DNA of 64,000 nt from an uncultured cyanobacterium (GCA_963793425.1 CAWCAG010000007.1:672001-736000); one strand, 5' to 3'; positions 1 to 8,263 are shown, numbered from the stretch's first letter. Program-made: numbers and translations. The notes: a model not told the origin generated them from the letters alone.

Positions 1-190
1 CAGACTGAGAAAAATCAACCATATGATCTCCTAGGCGCTCTGCATTTGCCCTAGCAATTTCCATCTCTTCTAAAGATAGTCCTTGAGGTTTAGCTTGAGC
101 AACATCAGGAAGAGAGTTGAGCTTTTTTTGTACAGGCTTAACAGCAGACTTAGAAGACTTTTTTTGGTGGAGGTGAGTTCGGGTACGCAT
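1..190 (-). CDS. 5' end of a further leader-containing (probably DUF4157) effector gene, unit A; runs off the window
   Basis: Hand translation from ATG (cat 188-190): MRTRTHLHQKKSSKSAVKPVQKKLNSLPDVAQAKPQGLSLEEMEIARANAERLGDHMVDFSQS, open to base 1; near-identical to the N-termini of 1708..3423 and 4236..6005; same AGAGGTTAGCT RBS. Confidence 0.9.
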   Translation of the reverse strand, partial: MRTRTHLHQKKSSKSAVKPVQKKLNSLPDVAQAKPQGLSLEEMEIARANAERLGDHMVDFSQS

Positions 191-374
191 AGCTAACCTC
201 TGATTCTTAACCTTAAATTTAATTAATTATAATTGTGCCATCTTTGTCTACTTTAGTTCATTACCTAGAAGTCGAGTTGTTTGGTTATTAGTTATTAATA
301 TCAGAAGTGCCAATAATTTGCCTGATGAGAAGGAAAGTAGTTTACAGCTAAAGAAGAGATAGGCGATCGCACTT
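191..374 (-). promoter_or_regulatory. Conserved upstream region of effector unit A (RBS, putative promoter motif, ends at a HIP1 site)
   Basis: Homologous to 3424-3627, 6006-6089, 7152-7260 and 7261-7330; contains AATGAActAAAGTAGAcaaagATGgCAcAAT on the minus strand. Confidence 0.7.
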
Positions 375-990
375 AATCCATAAAAACTTCTACTAACCCA
401 AACTCTTCTCTATTAAGATTCTCATCAATCCATTCTTCGTTAAGTTCCATTTTTTCAAAATCTTTCCAGATTCGTTTGTCGTTAGCGCAGCTATATTTTC
501 TACATACTGAAGGGCGATTTTCATATATCTGACAACACTTTTTTTCTAAGTCCATTTGATGACAATAGCCATGTTGATGATGGCGATTGTAATAGGGTTT
601 ACCTAATTCCCATTTCATCTTTCCTGTTTCGATTTCTTCTACACTCAATGCAAAACGCAGCCGACAACAAACTGCTTTACAAATAGGCAGTCTTTCTTCA
701 CAGTTAACTACTGTAGTTTGCTGTTCATCTTCTTCGCTGTCTACCCGGATAGAGACACCTAATGTAGCCAATTCTTCCTTTTCTATGATTTCTTGCCTTA
801 CAGATTCTACCACTGCTTTTAATTCATCTGATTGAACAATTCCTTTTTGAATTAAATAATCTATTAACCCATAAATGAAGGATTCACTTTCATTGAACCG
901 TAGGATTTGTTCAGTCAATACAGTGTGAGCGAAGAGATTACCCTTTTCTACTTGATGCTCTAACTCTTGATAATCATCAGCTAAAGACAT
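373..990 (-). CDS. YkgJ-family (CxxCxxCC) Zn/Fe-S cysteine-cluster protein with helical N-terminal extension
   Basis: C-x6-C-x3-CC, YC..MD..KKCCQIYENRPSVCRKYSC pattern; start overlaps the upstream stop (TAATG at 990). Confidence 0.8.
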   Translation of the reverse strand: MSLADDYQELEHQVEKGNLFAHTVLTEQILRFNESESFIYGLIDYLIQKGIVQSDELKAVVESVRQEIIEKEELATLGVSIRVDSEEDEQQTTVVNCEERLPICKAVCCRLRFALSVEEIETGKMKWELGKPYYNRHHQHGYCHQMDLEKKCCQIYENRPSVCRKYSCANDKRIWKDFEKMELNEEWIDENLNREEFGLVEVFMD

Positions 991-1706
991 TATTCACCTT
1001 GTTGTCTATTGTCGAGAGTTTCTTTTAGTCGCTCAATTTCTGCATCTCTATCTGTATGTTGTTCATGAAAAACAACTGGAATACCTGTTATTTGACCTAT
1101 AAAATAGGCTGCTGCATCTTTTACTCTGTATTCAAGACTATTTCCTAGAGTTGCTTCCTGGCTTCCTTCATAAAAAATGGTTTCTGAATTATCTAGTAAT
1201 TCTGTTAAATAAGGGGTAGCTTCTGTCCCTGTCTCTATCAAGTGTGTGCCTAGTTCACCATAATCTTTTGCTCCTTGCTCCTCAGCATGGTACATGAAAC
1301 CCCATTGATTTCCCAATATCTCAAAGTTGCCTGTTTCAGAGCCAGTAATTCCTAAAGCTTTGGAATAGATATATGCTAAGGTATGCCGCCATTCTTCAGG
1401 TGGATAGTTGCCTACATTTGCATATAATACTTCCGAAGCTAAAAGGCGGGTTAAATCAGAGTAATTGCTGCTTTTAACAATATGCTCTAAATAAATTCGA
1501 TTTTCTCCATTCTGCCAGATAGAAGTTGATAGACTGCGATCACTCTGTAGGAATAAACCTGAGTAACCTGCTTCAGTGAGGCTTTGGGCAATTGTTTCAA
1601 TCGAGTCGGATTGTCTAGTTTCTGATGGCATAGCGATATCCTCTTGAATGACACAGGATGATGAGTTTAAGCACAGAGTCAATAAAATTGCAATGTAGTT
1701 TTCCAT
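990..1706 (-). CDS. Exported protein / probable lipoprotein; putative immunity protein of effector unit B
   Basis: Likely start is ATG at 1706 (MENYIAILLTLCLNSSSC), 1 nt after the effector stop at 1708, not the ORF-track start 1781; hydrophobic signal ending in Cys. Confidence 0.65.
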   Translation of the reverse strand: MENYIAILLTLCLNSSSCVIQEDIAMPSETRQSDSIETIAQSLTEAGYSGLFLQSDRSLSTSIWQNGENRIYLEHIVKSSNYSDLTRLLASEVLYANVGNYPPEEWRHTLAYIYSKALGITGSETGNFEILGNQWGFMYHAEEQGAKDYGELGTHLIETGTEATPYLTELLDNSETIFYEGSQEATLGNSLEYRVKDAAAYFIGQITGIPVVFHEQHTDRDAEIERLKETLDNRQQGE

Positions 1707-1707
1707 T

Positions 1708-3423
1708 TTATGCCCTTTCGTCTGCGATATTTCCCCATTCTCCGGGACTAACTTTTCCTGTAATTCCAGTGTGAGGGCCATCTATTACCTTAACAGTGCC
1801 ATTTAAAAGAGGTGTATGCCACTCTTGAATAATCTGTAATCGCGTACCAACCGGGAGAGCAATAGTTTGCATTGGTGCAGGAGGTGTTAATGTTACAGCC
1901 CCCTTAGTGATTTTTACATCTACAACGGGTAAATCTACTGTATCTGCACCAGTTGAAGTTTTTGAAGCATTCCACAGTTCTGCGGACTTCATAAATGTCG
2001 AAGATGGCACACCATCCGATACTTTAGATAGCGGAATTTTAGTGAAATTGCCTTGATCATCTGTTCGCCATCCCCATCGAACTGAACCATAATAAGTACC
2101 AGATTGCAATCCTTTTGTGGCTAAAGCAGTAGTTTCAAAAATTTGCCCTGACTCTTTTTCTGCTCTCACTAATTTTGGTGCGTCTTTTAATATTGCATCT
2201 TGGTGTTGAAGTTCCCCAGATTTATCTTGATAATGATATCCATGCTGTCCCCAACCAGGGCTTGTACTTGTATCGTCTAAAGATTTACTTGGCAATGAGT
2301 TCACTGGATAGATGGGATTATTATAATTTTTAACCCTATCAATCATAGTACCTTCATCAGTTTCACTGGTATTACTATCAACAGTAATTGCATCCTTAGA
2401 GTCAATGGCTCTATTTTTATAGAAGATGTCATTATTAATAAAGTGAGGCTTTTTGCTTTTAATTGATTTAACAGATTGCGTAAGTCCAATTAATTCGGCA
2501 TCAACGCTATTTCCTGGTTTAAACTTCAATTCAATCTCAGATCCTCTTAAACCACTAGGATTTGCCGGAGTAATCAAATCATACTTATCAGTGTCCCATT
2601 CTCCACCTAAAGTATCTACTTTACGCTGAATAGCTGCTTTAGAAAGTGAAGAAGCTCGCAGATGCGATCGCATCTGTAAAGCTGGAGACTCCCCTTTCTG
2701 AGTATCCGTACCTTTTTTCTGTACTGCCCCACCATTCTGCTGCACAACATGAGTCAACTCATGGGCAATCAATTCCTGTCCACCTTTGCTGCTAGGATCG
2801 TAAGCCCCTTGACGGAAAAAGACATCTTGCCCCATAGCAAAAGCCCTTGCTCCAATGGACTGATTAAGTTGATCTGATTGACTATCGGTATGGACGTTAA
2901 CGCCACTAAAATCTGCCCCAAAAGACTCTTCCATGGGGCCACGAATGTTGTCACTTAAAGGCTGTCCATTACCCCGTGATTGTTCAATGGAGGATTCTAA
3001 TTCTTCTCCTGCGGCTGTCTCTCCTCCTGCTGGCTGGCGTTGAATAGTAGATTCCGGTTTCATCTGGACGGCTTCATCTTCTTCGGGCAAAGCTTCCCGT
3101 TGCACCGAATTACCACTCTGCCCAGGAGAATTAATCTGCTTAACTACTTGTGCTGCGGTAGCGTCTGCTTCTTGTTCATATTTATCTCCTACTTCACCAA
3201 TAGTCAGCTTCGTTTGAATCGGTTGGGCTGGGGCAGACTGAGAAAAATCTACCATATGATCTCCCAGACGTTCTGCATTTTTCCGGCTGATCTCCATCTC
3301 CTCCAAAGACTGTCTTTGAGGTTTAGCTTGAACAGTGTCAGGAAGGGAGTTAAGCTTTCTTTGTATAGGTTTAACAGCAGATTTGGAAAAACCTTTTTTC
3401 TGGAGGTGAGTTCGACTACGCAT
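1708..3423 (-). CDS. DUF4157 (eCIS core domain) polymorphic effector, unit B; uncharacterised C-terminal domain plus possible SH3b-like tail
   Basis: GQPL..MEESFGADFSGVNVHTD..ARAFAMGQDVFF..YDP..ELIAHELTHVVQQ (HExxH) at ~2737-2968; QTKLTIGEVGDKYEQEAD motif; C-terminus unrelated to unit C. Confidence 0.9.
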   Translation of the reverse strand: MRSRTHLQKKGFSKSAVKPIQRKLNSLPDTVQAKPQRQSLEEMEISRKNAERLGDHMVDFSQSAPAQPIQTKLTIGEVGDKYEQEADATAAQVVKQINSPGQSGNSVQREALPEEDEAVQMKPESTIQRQPAGGETAAGEELESSIEQSRGNGQPLSDNIRGPMEESFGADFSGVNVHTDSQSDQLNQSIGARAFAMGQDVFFRQGAYDPSSKGGQELIAHELTHVVQQNGGAVQKKGTDTQKGESPALQMRSHLRASSLSKAAIQRKVDTLGGEWDTDKYDLITPANPSGLRGSEIELKFKPGNSVDAELIGLTQSVKSIKSKKPHFINNDIFYKNRAIDSKDAITVDSNTSETDEGTMIDRVKNYNNPIYPVNSLPSKSLDDTSTSPGWGQHGYHYQDKSGELQHQDAILKDAPKLVRAEKESGQIFETTALATKGLQSGTYYGSVRWGWRTDDQGNFTKIPLSKVSDGVPSSTFMKSAELWNASKTSTGADTVDLPVVDVKITKGAVTLTPPAPMQTIALPVGTRLQIIQEWHTPLLNGTVKVIDGPHTGITGKVSPGEWGNIADERA

Positions 3424-3627
3424 AGCTAACCTCTGATCTTAATCTTGATTTGATTAATTATTGTGCCATCTCTATCTACTTTAATTCATTACTTGGTAGG
3501 TCTAATTATTCAGTTATTAGTTATGAATATGAGAAGTACCAAAAACTTACCTGAAGAGAAGGAAAGCACTTTACAGCTAAAGAAGGGATAGGTGATAAGC
3601 CTACGGCAACGCTTCGCGAACGCACTT
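3424..3627 (-). promoter_or_regulatory. Conserved upstream region of effector unit B
   Basis: Aligns with 191-374 along its whole length, including the AATGAA..AAAGTAGA..ATGGCACAAT motif. Confidence 0.7.
3597..3620. mobile_element. 24-nt small dispersed repeat (SDR5-like) inserted in a HIP1 site
   Basis: GTGAT[AAGCCTACGGCAACGCTTCGCGAA]CGC versus uninterrupted GCGATCGC at 363-370 in the paralogous region; two mini-hairpins GCC-TAC-GGC and CGC-TTC-GCG. Confidence 0.75.
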
Positions 3628-3642
3628 TAAGGATTTTCTTTA

Positions 3643-4239
3643 CTATTCAGAAGAGAGATAAAGGGCTTTAGTATCCGTTAGGCATGGACTTAGAGGGCTA
3701 GCACCTCCTGAAGGATCACTAGGTGCTTGACGATGGAGAGTTCCTATAACTTCAACTTCATGCTCCTTAAAACTATTAATTTCTTCTTGAGGTCTGCGTG
3801 CATCTTTATCCCAAACAGGGAAAAGAGAAACATGAGTGTTATCAGCCAATACAATTGAAACATGACCTACATAACGTGGTGTTCCTGTCGGTCTCATTCG
3901 CACATCATGTTCTACATATTTACCAACCAAGCGAACTTGTTGCCCGTCATAAACATCTAACTGTTCTAATTGATTGATCAATGGCAAGTTTTGACCTTGA
4001 GCAGAGGAATCTGGCAGTAATAATTCAGAGCGCGATGATTCCTCAGATACTGGCGAAGATGGTGCTTTTTCTTTGATTGGTAAAGAAAATTCGTCTTGGT
4101 TCATTTCAGTATTCTTGGTAGGAGTTTTAGTGGGTGAAGTTTGAGACAGTGATGATGTAGGTGAGGAGCAACTTGATAAATATAATCCAATTACTCCTAT
4201 AATCCACAAATAATTTAAAATAGCTGTTTCTAACTTCAT
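3643..4239 (-). CDS. Lipoprotein; putative immunity protein of effector unit C
   Basis: Hydrophobic signal with lipobox LSSC, Ser/Thr/Pro linker, compact beta-rich domain; start overlaps the effector stop by 4 nt (4236-4239). Confidence 0.7.
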   Translation of the reverse strand: MKLETAILNYLWIIGVIGLYLSSCSSPTSSLSQTSPTKTPTKNTEMNQDEFSLPIKEKAPSSPVSEESSRSELLLPDSSAQGQNLPLINQLEQLDVYDGQQVRLVGKYVEHDVRMRPTGTPRYVGHVSIVLADNTHVSLFPVWDKDARRPQEEINSFKEHEVEVIGTLHRQAPSDPSGGASPLSPCLTDTKALYLSSE

Positions 4240-6005
4240 TTATCTTGGGCTTGTTTTCTCACAGCAACCATTGAAGTAGGTGAATCTCCGTGTTGTTTAT
4301 GAACATCTTTATGTTCTTCATGAAAGGATTGTCCCTTTTTGCCTACACCATACATTTGGAAAACCCAATCTTTATTCTCTTCTTGGTAGTCACTAACAGA
4401 ATAATTTTCTAATGTTATGGTATCTGAACCACTCTTGATAGCAGCACCAGCCCAATGGAAATTCCAAGTTCCTACATCGGCTGGTTTATTAGGATGCTCT
4501 TTACCCCCTGTACTGATATGAAAAGCTTCACCAATTTGGGGGTCTGCATACATATTGATGCCTGCTTTTTTGTCAAAATCATCTTTAGCTTGAGGATCTA
4601 ACTTCTCATACTCTGCACGGGCTAAAACGTCAAGTTCAAAAGCTAATTGAGCCATTCCTCTACTTAGGTTGTTTTTCTTGACATCATCTTTTTCCTTGAT
4701 CCAATCTTGCTTTAACTTGTTGTAATCACTAAGTTTTTTATCAATAGTTTTGATATCTAACTTGCTTTCATATTGCGGTTTCCAAAACTCCCACCAAGCA
4801 CTTTCTTTACTGAAAAGGCCTTTAAACATTTTCACTTTTTGAATTTCCATCCAGTCATTGCCAGTTACGGTCTTTGTTTTACCGTCTTTGCTATATTTTG
4901 CACCAGGACTAGCATTTCCTTGTCCTGTTCCCTGATCCATACCGGAGACAGTTTTAGCCGATCGCCCACAATCAGCCCATAGCTCCATATCTGTGTCTTC
5001 TGTGTTGTTCTGTGTGTTGACAGGAACAACATCCACAACATCATGTCCGTTGCCACTTAAATCAGGAATTTGACCAGATTTCTTACCGGGTTTTAGCCCA
5101 ATTACAGAAGTTGCAGCCTTTAGTTGGTCACTAGCATCTTTGATCGAGTCTGGAGTAGCGTAGGCTGTTTGACCACCTACTGAACTATTTTGATGAACAC
5201 CCATTTTACCATCGTCAGAAGCACGAAAACCCTTGTAATTATGATATCGCTGAATACTGGTCTGAAGAGAGCCAGTGCCATTTTGTTGAACGACATGGGT
5301 TAATTCATGGGCAATTAATTCCTGTCCATCTTGGCTACTAGGATCGTAAGCACCTTGGCGGAAAAAGACATCTTGCCCTGTGGTAAAAGCCCGTGCTTGA
5401 ATTGACTTATTAAGTTGATCTGATTGACTATCTGTATGGACGGTAACGCCGCTAAAATCCACTCCAAAGGATTCTTCCATGGGGCCACGAATGTTGTCAC
5501 TTAAAGGCTGTCCATTACCCCGTGATTGTTCAATGGAGGATTCTAATTCTTCTCCTGGCTTACGTTGAAGAGTAGACTCCGGTTTCATCTGAAGTTCTTC
5601 TTCTTCTGGCAAAGCTTCGCGTTGTATAGTAGATTCTAACTTTGCTTGAAGAGGATTTTCTTCTTCTTCTGGTAAAGCTTCCCGTTGCACGGAACCTTGA
5701 GATGCGGGAGAATTAATCTGCTTAACTACTTGTGCTGCGGTTGCATCTGCTTCTTGTTCGTACTTGTCCCCCACCTCACCGATGGTAAGCTTAGTTTGAA
5801 TTGCTTGGGCTGGGGTAGACTGAGAAAAATCTACCATATGATCTCCCAGACGTTCTGCATTTTTCCGGCTGATCTCCATCTCTTCTAAAGATTGGCTTTG
5901 AGGTTTAGCTTGAACAGTGTCAGGAAGAGAGTTGAGCTTTTTTTGTACAGGCTTAACAGCAGACTTAGAAAACTTTTTTTGGTGGAGGTGAGTTCGGGTA
6001 CGCAT
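4236..6005 (-). CDS. DUF4157 (eCIS core domain) polymorphic effector, unit C; C-terminal putative Cys/His catalytic domain
   Basis: DUF4157 with AHELTHVVQQ; two QREALPEEE repeats; C-terminal motifs ADCG, WNFHWAG, TLENY. Confidence 0.9.
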   Translation of the reverse strand: MRTRTHLHQKKFSKSAVKPVQKKLNSLPDTVQAKPQSQSLEEMEISRKNAERLGDHMVDFSQSTPAQAIQTKLTIGEVGDKYEQEADATAAQVVKQINSPASQGSVQREALPEEEENPLQAKLESTIQREALPEEEELQMKPESTLQRKPGEELESSIEQSRGNGQPLSDNIRGPMEESFGVDFSGVTVHTDSQSDQLNKSIQARAFTTGQDVFFRQGAYDPSSQDGQELIAHELTHVVQQNGTGSLQTSIQRYHNYKGFRASDDGKMGVHQNSSVGGQTAYATPDSIKDASDQLKAATSVIGLKPGKKSGQIPDLSGNGHDVVDVVPVNTQNNTEDTDMELWADCGRSAKTVSGMDQGTGQGNASPGAKYSKDGKTKTVTGNDWMEIQKVKMFKGLFSKESAWWEFWKPQYESKLDIKTIDKKLSDYNKLKQDWIKEKDDVKKNNLSRGMAQLAFELDVLARAEYEKLDPQAKDDFDKKAGINMYADPQIGEAFHISTGGKEHPNKPADVGTWNFHWAGAAIKSGSDTITLENYSVSDYQEENKDWVFQMYGVGKKGQSFHEEHKDVHKQHGDSPTSMVAVRKQAQDK

Positions 6006-6074
6006 AGCTAACCTCTGGTTATTACCTTAAATTTAATTAATTATAATTGTGCCATCTTTATCTACTTTAGTTCA

Positions 6075-6371
6075 TTACCTAGAAGTCGAATTATCTAAAA
6101 CTTCAGAAGGTTCATCCCATCTGGTGCGACATGATTCACAAAATGAACCGACAAAAGTACGATCTTCTCCAGTAAGTACGGCTCCACATCTTGGACAATG
6201 CTCTAAACTACGAGCTAGGGGATGAGTTTCTTCGTATAAGGGAATAGCTAAATTCTGCCAATATTCTTCTTCGGCTACTTCTTCTGGGGCAACGCTTTTG
6301 TAGAGTAAAACTGCCTTTTGATATAGCTGCTCTGATAAAGGCAAAACTTTCCCAGCAAGAATCTCAGGCAA
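6075..6371 (-). CDS. Zn-ribbon-containing segment, probably the 3' part of a frameshifted gene with 6275..6868
   Basis: HCPRCG...FCESC; 97-nt same-strand overlap with the upstream ORF; TTG start. Confidence 0.5.
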   Translation of the reverse strand: MPEILAGKVLPLSEQLYQKAVLLYKSVAPEEVAEEEYWQNLAIPLYEETHPLARSLEHCPRCGAVLTGEDRTFVGSFCESCRTRWDEPSEVLDNSTSR

Positions 6372-6868
6372 GTTGTATAAGTTCGGTTTCTAAATGCTAA
6401 AATTGTTTCTTTAACTAGTCTTTCATTCTCAACAAAACGGCTGACTATATTTAAAGACAAACATAATTGGGATAAAACTTCTTTAACCTCTTTTTGGAAG
6501 TCTAAAGTATATTGAGTAATCTGCTCAGAAGAGAGTGGAGAATCACCATCAGCCACTTCTAACTCTTGGCAGGTTATTTGTGACCATATATCGGTCAAAG
6601 ATGGCAGGGAAAGTTCTTTGTCAGCTAGCTTGAGAGCTTTGACCAGATGATAGCAAACATAATGTTCTGCTCCAGTAGAAATGTCTTCTGATTCATTTCG
6701 GAGACGATGATATTCAGATTTATTGCTAGGAACAAATACAGATAAAGCTTTAGTACTTTTAATTTCACTCAGCAGATCATAATATAATGATCTAAGGTGA
6801 AACCGCAATTCTTGAAGTGATTCATTAACTGGGAAATCTGGTAAAAAATCAGAGGTTGAGTAGCCCAT
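6275..6868 (-). CDS. Hypothetical helical protein in effector unit D (5' part of a probable frameshifted gene)
   Basis: 197-aa ORF lying between the degenerate leader 6939..7151 and the unit C promoter. Confidence 0.5.
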   Translation of the reverse strand: MGYSTSDFLPDFPVNESLQELRFHLRSLYYDLLSEIKSTKALSVFVPSNKSEYHRLRNESEDISTGAEHYVCYHLVKALKLADKELSLPSLTDIWSQITCQELEVADGDSPLSSEQITQYTLDFQKEVKEVLSQLCLSLNIVSRFVENERLVKETILAFRNRTYTTCLRFLLGKFCLYQSSYIKRQFYSTKALPQKK

Positions 6869-6879
6869 TAAAAGAGCTT

Positions 6880-7151
6880 ACCTTTGGAAGACGAACTGAA
6901 GAAAAGAAATTAATTTAGGCTGGATTGGTCATTTATCTTCACGATGGTAAGTTAGATTGGAGGGGTAGACTGAGAAAATAACCATATGATCCCAGACGTT
7001 CTGCATTTTTCCGGCTGATCTCCATCTCTTCCAAAGACAGTCTTTGAGGTTTAGCTTGAACAGTGTCAGGAAGGGAGTTAAGCTTTCTTTGTCTAGGTTT
7101 AACAGCAGACTTAGAAAAACTTTTTTTCTGGAGGTGAGTTCGGGTACGCAT
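6880..7151 (-). pseudogene. Degenerate effector leader (unit D), frameshifted, no DUF4157
   Basis: Leader intact to NAERLG, then a 2-nt deletion (GGGATCATATGG vs GGGAGATCATATGG) and further small deletions through the FSQSTP..LTI region. Confidence 0.75.
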
Positions 7152-7330
7152 AGCTAACCTCTGATTCTAATCTCAAATTGATTAATTCTTATTGTGACAT
7201 CTTCGTCTACTTTAGTTCATTATCTAGAAGTCTAATTGTTTAGTTATTGGTTGTTAATATAGCTAACCTCTGATTTTATTAACTATTATTGTGGCATCTC
7301 TTCTACTTTCATTCATTGTTTAAAGGTCGA
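7152..7330 (-). repeat. Tandem pair of the conserved effector upstream motif; the second copy has no gene
   Basis: agctaacctctgatt...attgtg.catc...ctactt..ttcatt occurs at 7152 and again at 7261; the second RBS is followed by ATA rather than ATG. Confidence 0.75.
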
Positions 7331-7337
7331 AATTATT

Positions 7338-7595
7338 ATGCCCGACTCAATTATGTATCAAGAAGATGCCTACGTCGTCTTAGAAAGCGATCGCGAGGAA
7401 GAATTTCTCACTCCAGAAGAATTAGTTGCCAAGCTTGAAGGTATTTTGACCCAACAACCGGAAGATGTACCACGAGAATTGCTCAAATTTGATTCTACCG
7501 AAGCCCAAGCAAAGCATCTGATGGAAAATTATTGTGAGTTGGATGTTGGGACAGGAAAATATTTACAATGGTATGCTGTGCGTTTGGAAAAATGA
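7338..7595 (+). CDS. crr7: CRR7-family NDH-1 assembly protein (chlororespiratory reduction 7)
   Basis: MPDSIMYQEDAYVVLE..EEFLT.EEL...ELDVG.GKYLQWYAVRLEK. Confidence 0.85.
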   Translation: MPDSIMYQEDAYVVLESDREEEFLTPEELVAKLEGILTQQPEDVPRELLKFDSTEAQAKHLMENYCELDVGTGKYLQWYAVRLEK

Positions 7596-7600
7596 CTTAT

Positions 7601-7637
7601 GGCTAATTGCTAATTGCTAGTTGCTAATGGCTAATAG
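7601..7637. repeat. Heptameric short tandem repeat (GCTAATT)n
   Basis: About 5 imperfect copies between convergent genes. Confidence 0.8.
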
Positions 7638-8090
7638 TTAAAGCTTTCTCCCTATCTCCCTATCTCCTTGCCTCCTCGTCTTCCTCTTTCTCCTTGATGG
7701 ATAGGCGATCGCCCCAACTAATCCGATTAACAAACCTATATTAAGTAGCAAAAGCCACATCCAGCGCAAAAAAGTAACCCCACCAGAATGGAAAGATAGC
7801 ATTAACCACAAAACCATCCAAGGGAAGAAAATTAACAAAGTTAAGACAATACGTCTTAATAAATAACGGGATGACAAAGGGCGCAGAAAGAAGTAAAAGC
7901 TAATTAACTCCACAAGGGAAAAAAGAAAATTACCTTGAAGTTCTCCTGGTAAATTATGTCCTGCCAAATCAGGAACTGTAATATTAGGATCGGGGGGATA
8001 AGCCAGATAATTTTGACACATCCAAATCAACAAAATTATCCAGCTTAAAAAAGGGCCAAAGATACCCAGCCAATACAAAAAATCTCTCAT
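7638..8090 (-). CDS. Hypothetical membrane protein (~4 TM)
   Basis: Multiple hydrophobic segments; basic repeat-derived C-terminus. Confidence 0.65.
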   Translation of the reverse strand: MRDFLYWLGIFGPFLSWIILLIWMCQNYLAYPPDPNITVPDLAGHNLPGELQGNFLFSLVELISFYFFLRPLSSRYLLRRIVLTLLIFFPWMVLWLMLSFHSGGVTFLRWMWLLLLNIGLLIGLVGAIAYPSRRKRKTRRQGDREIGRKL

Positions 8091-8263
8091 CTGCCAGGGG
8101 ATTTCTCCACAGGAATTACCTCGTGTGCATAGTTAATGCGTACTTTCGGTAGTGCAACCCTGGTAGGTTTCTTTTTTTTGAAATTCGGGCTATTATATCA
8201 GTCCGGAGCAGTTATTGGCTGTTTGCTAGAAATCAATGTACGGCTTGCTGTTGCTGTTAGGTA

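Noticed and set aside
1707..1781. ORF-track 5' extension of the 263-aa ORF
   Set aside because: Overlaps the effector 3' end; ATG at 1706 gives a clean signal peptide
2664..2671. HIP1 site in the DUF4157-payload linker of unit B as a swap point
   Set aside because: About 60 nt from the homology breakpoint, absent in unit C, and HIP1 is common throughout
2769..5888. Paired short alternate-frame or antisense ORFs (2769..2954 with 5315..5500; 3040..3429 with 5685..5888)
   Set aside because: Their similarity simply reflects the duplicated effector DNA
191..7330. CRISPR-like or integron-like reading of the repeated upstream elements
   Set aside because: Repeats are kb apart, degenerate and continuous with coding leaders; no cas or integrase genes and no clear attC-type palindrome
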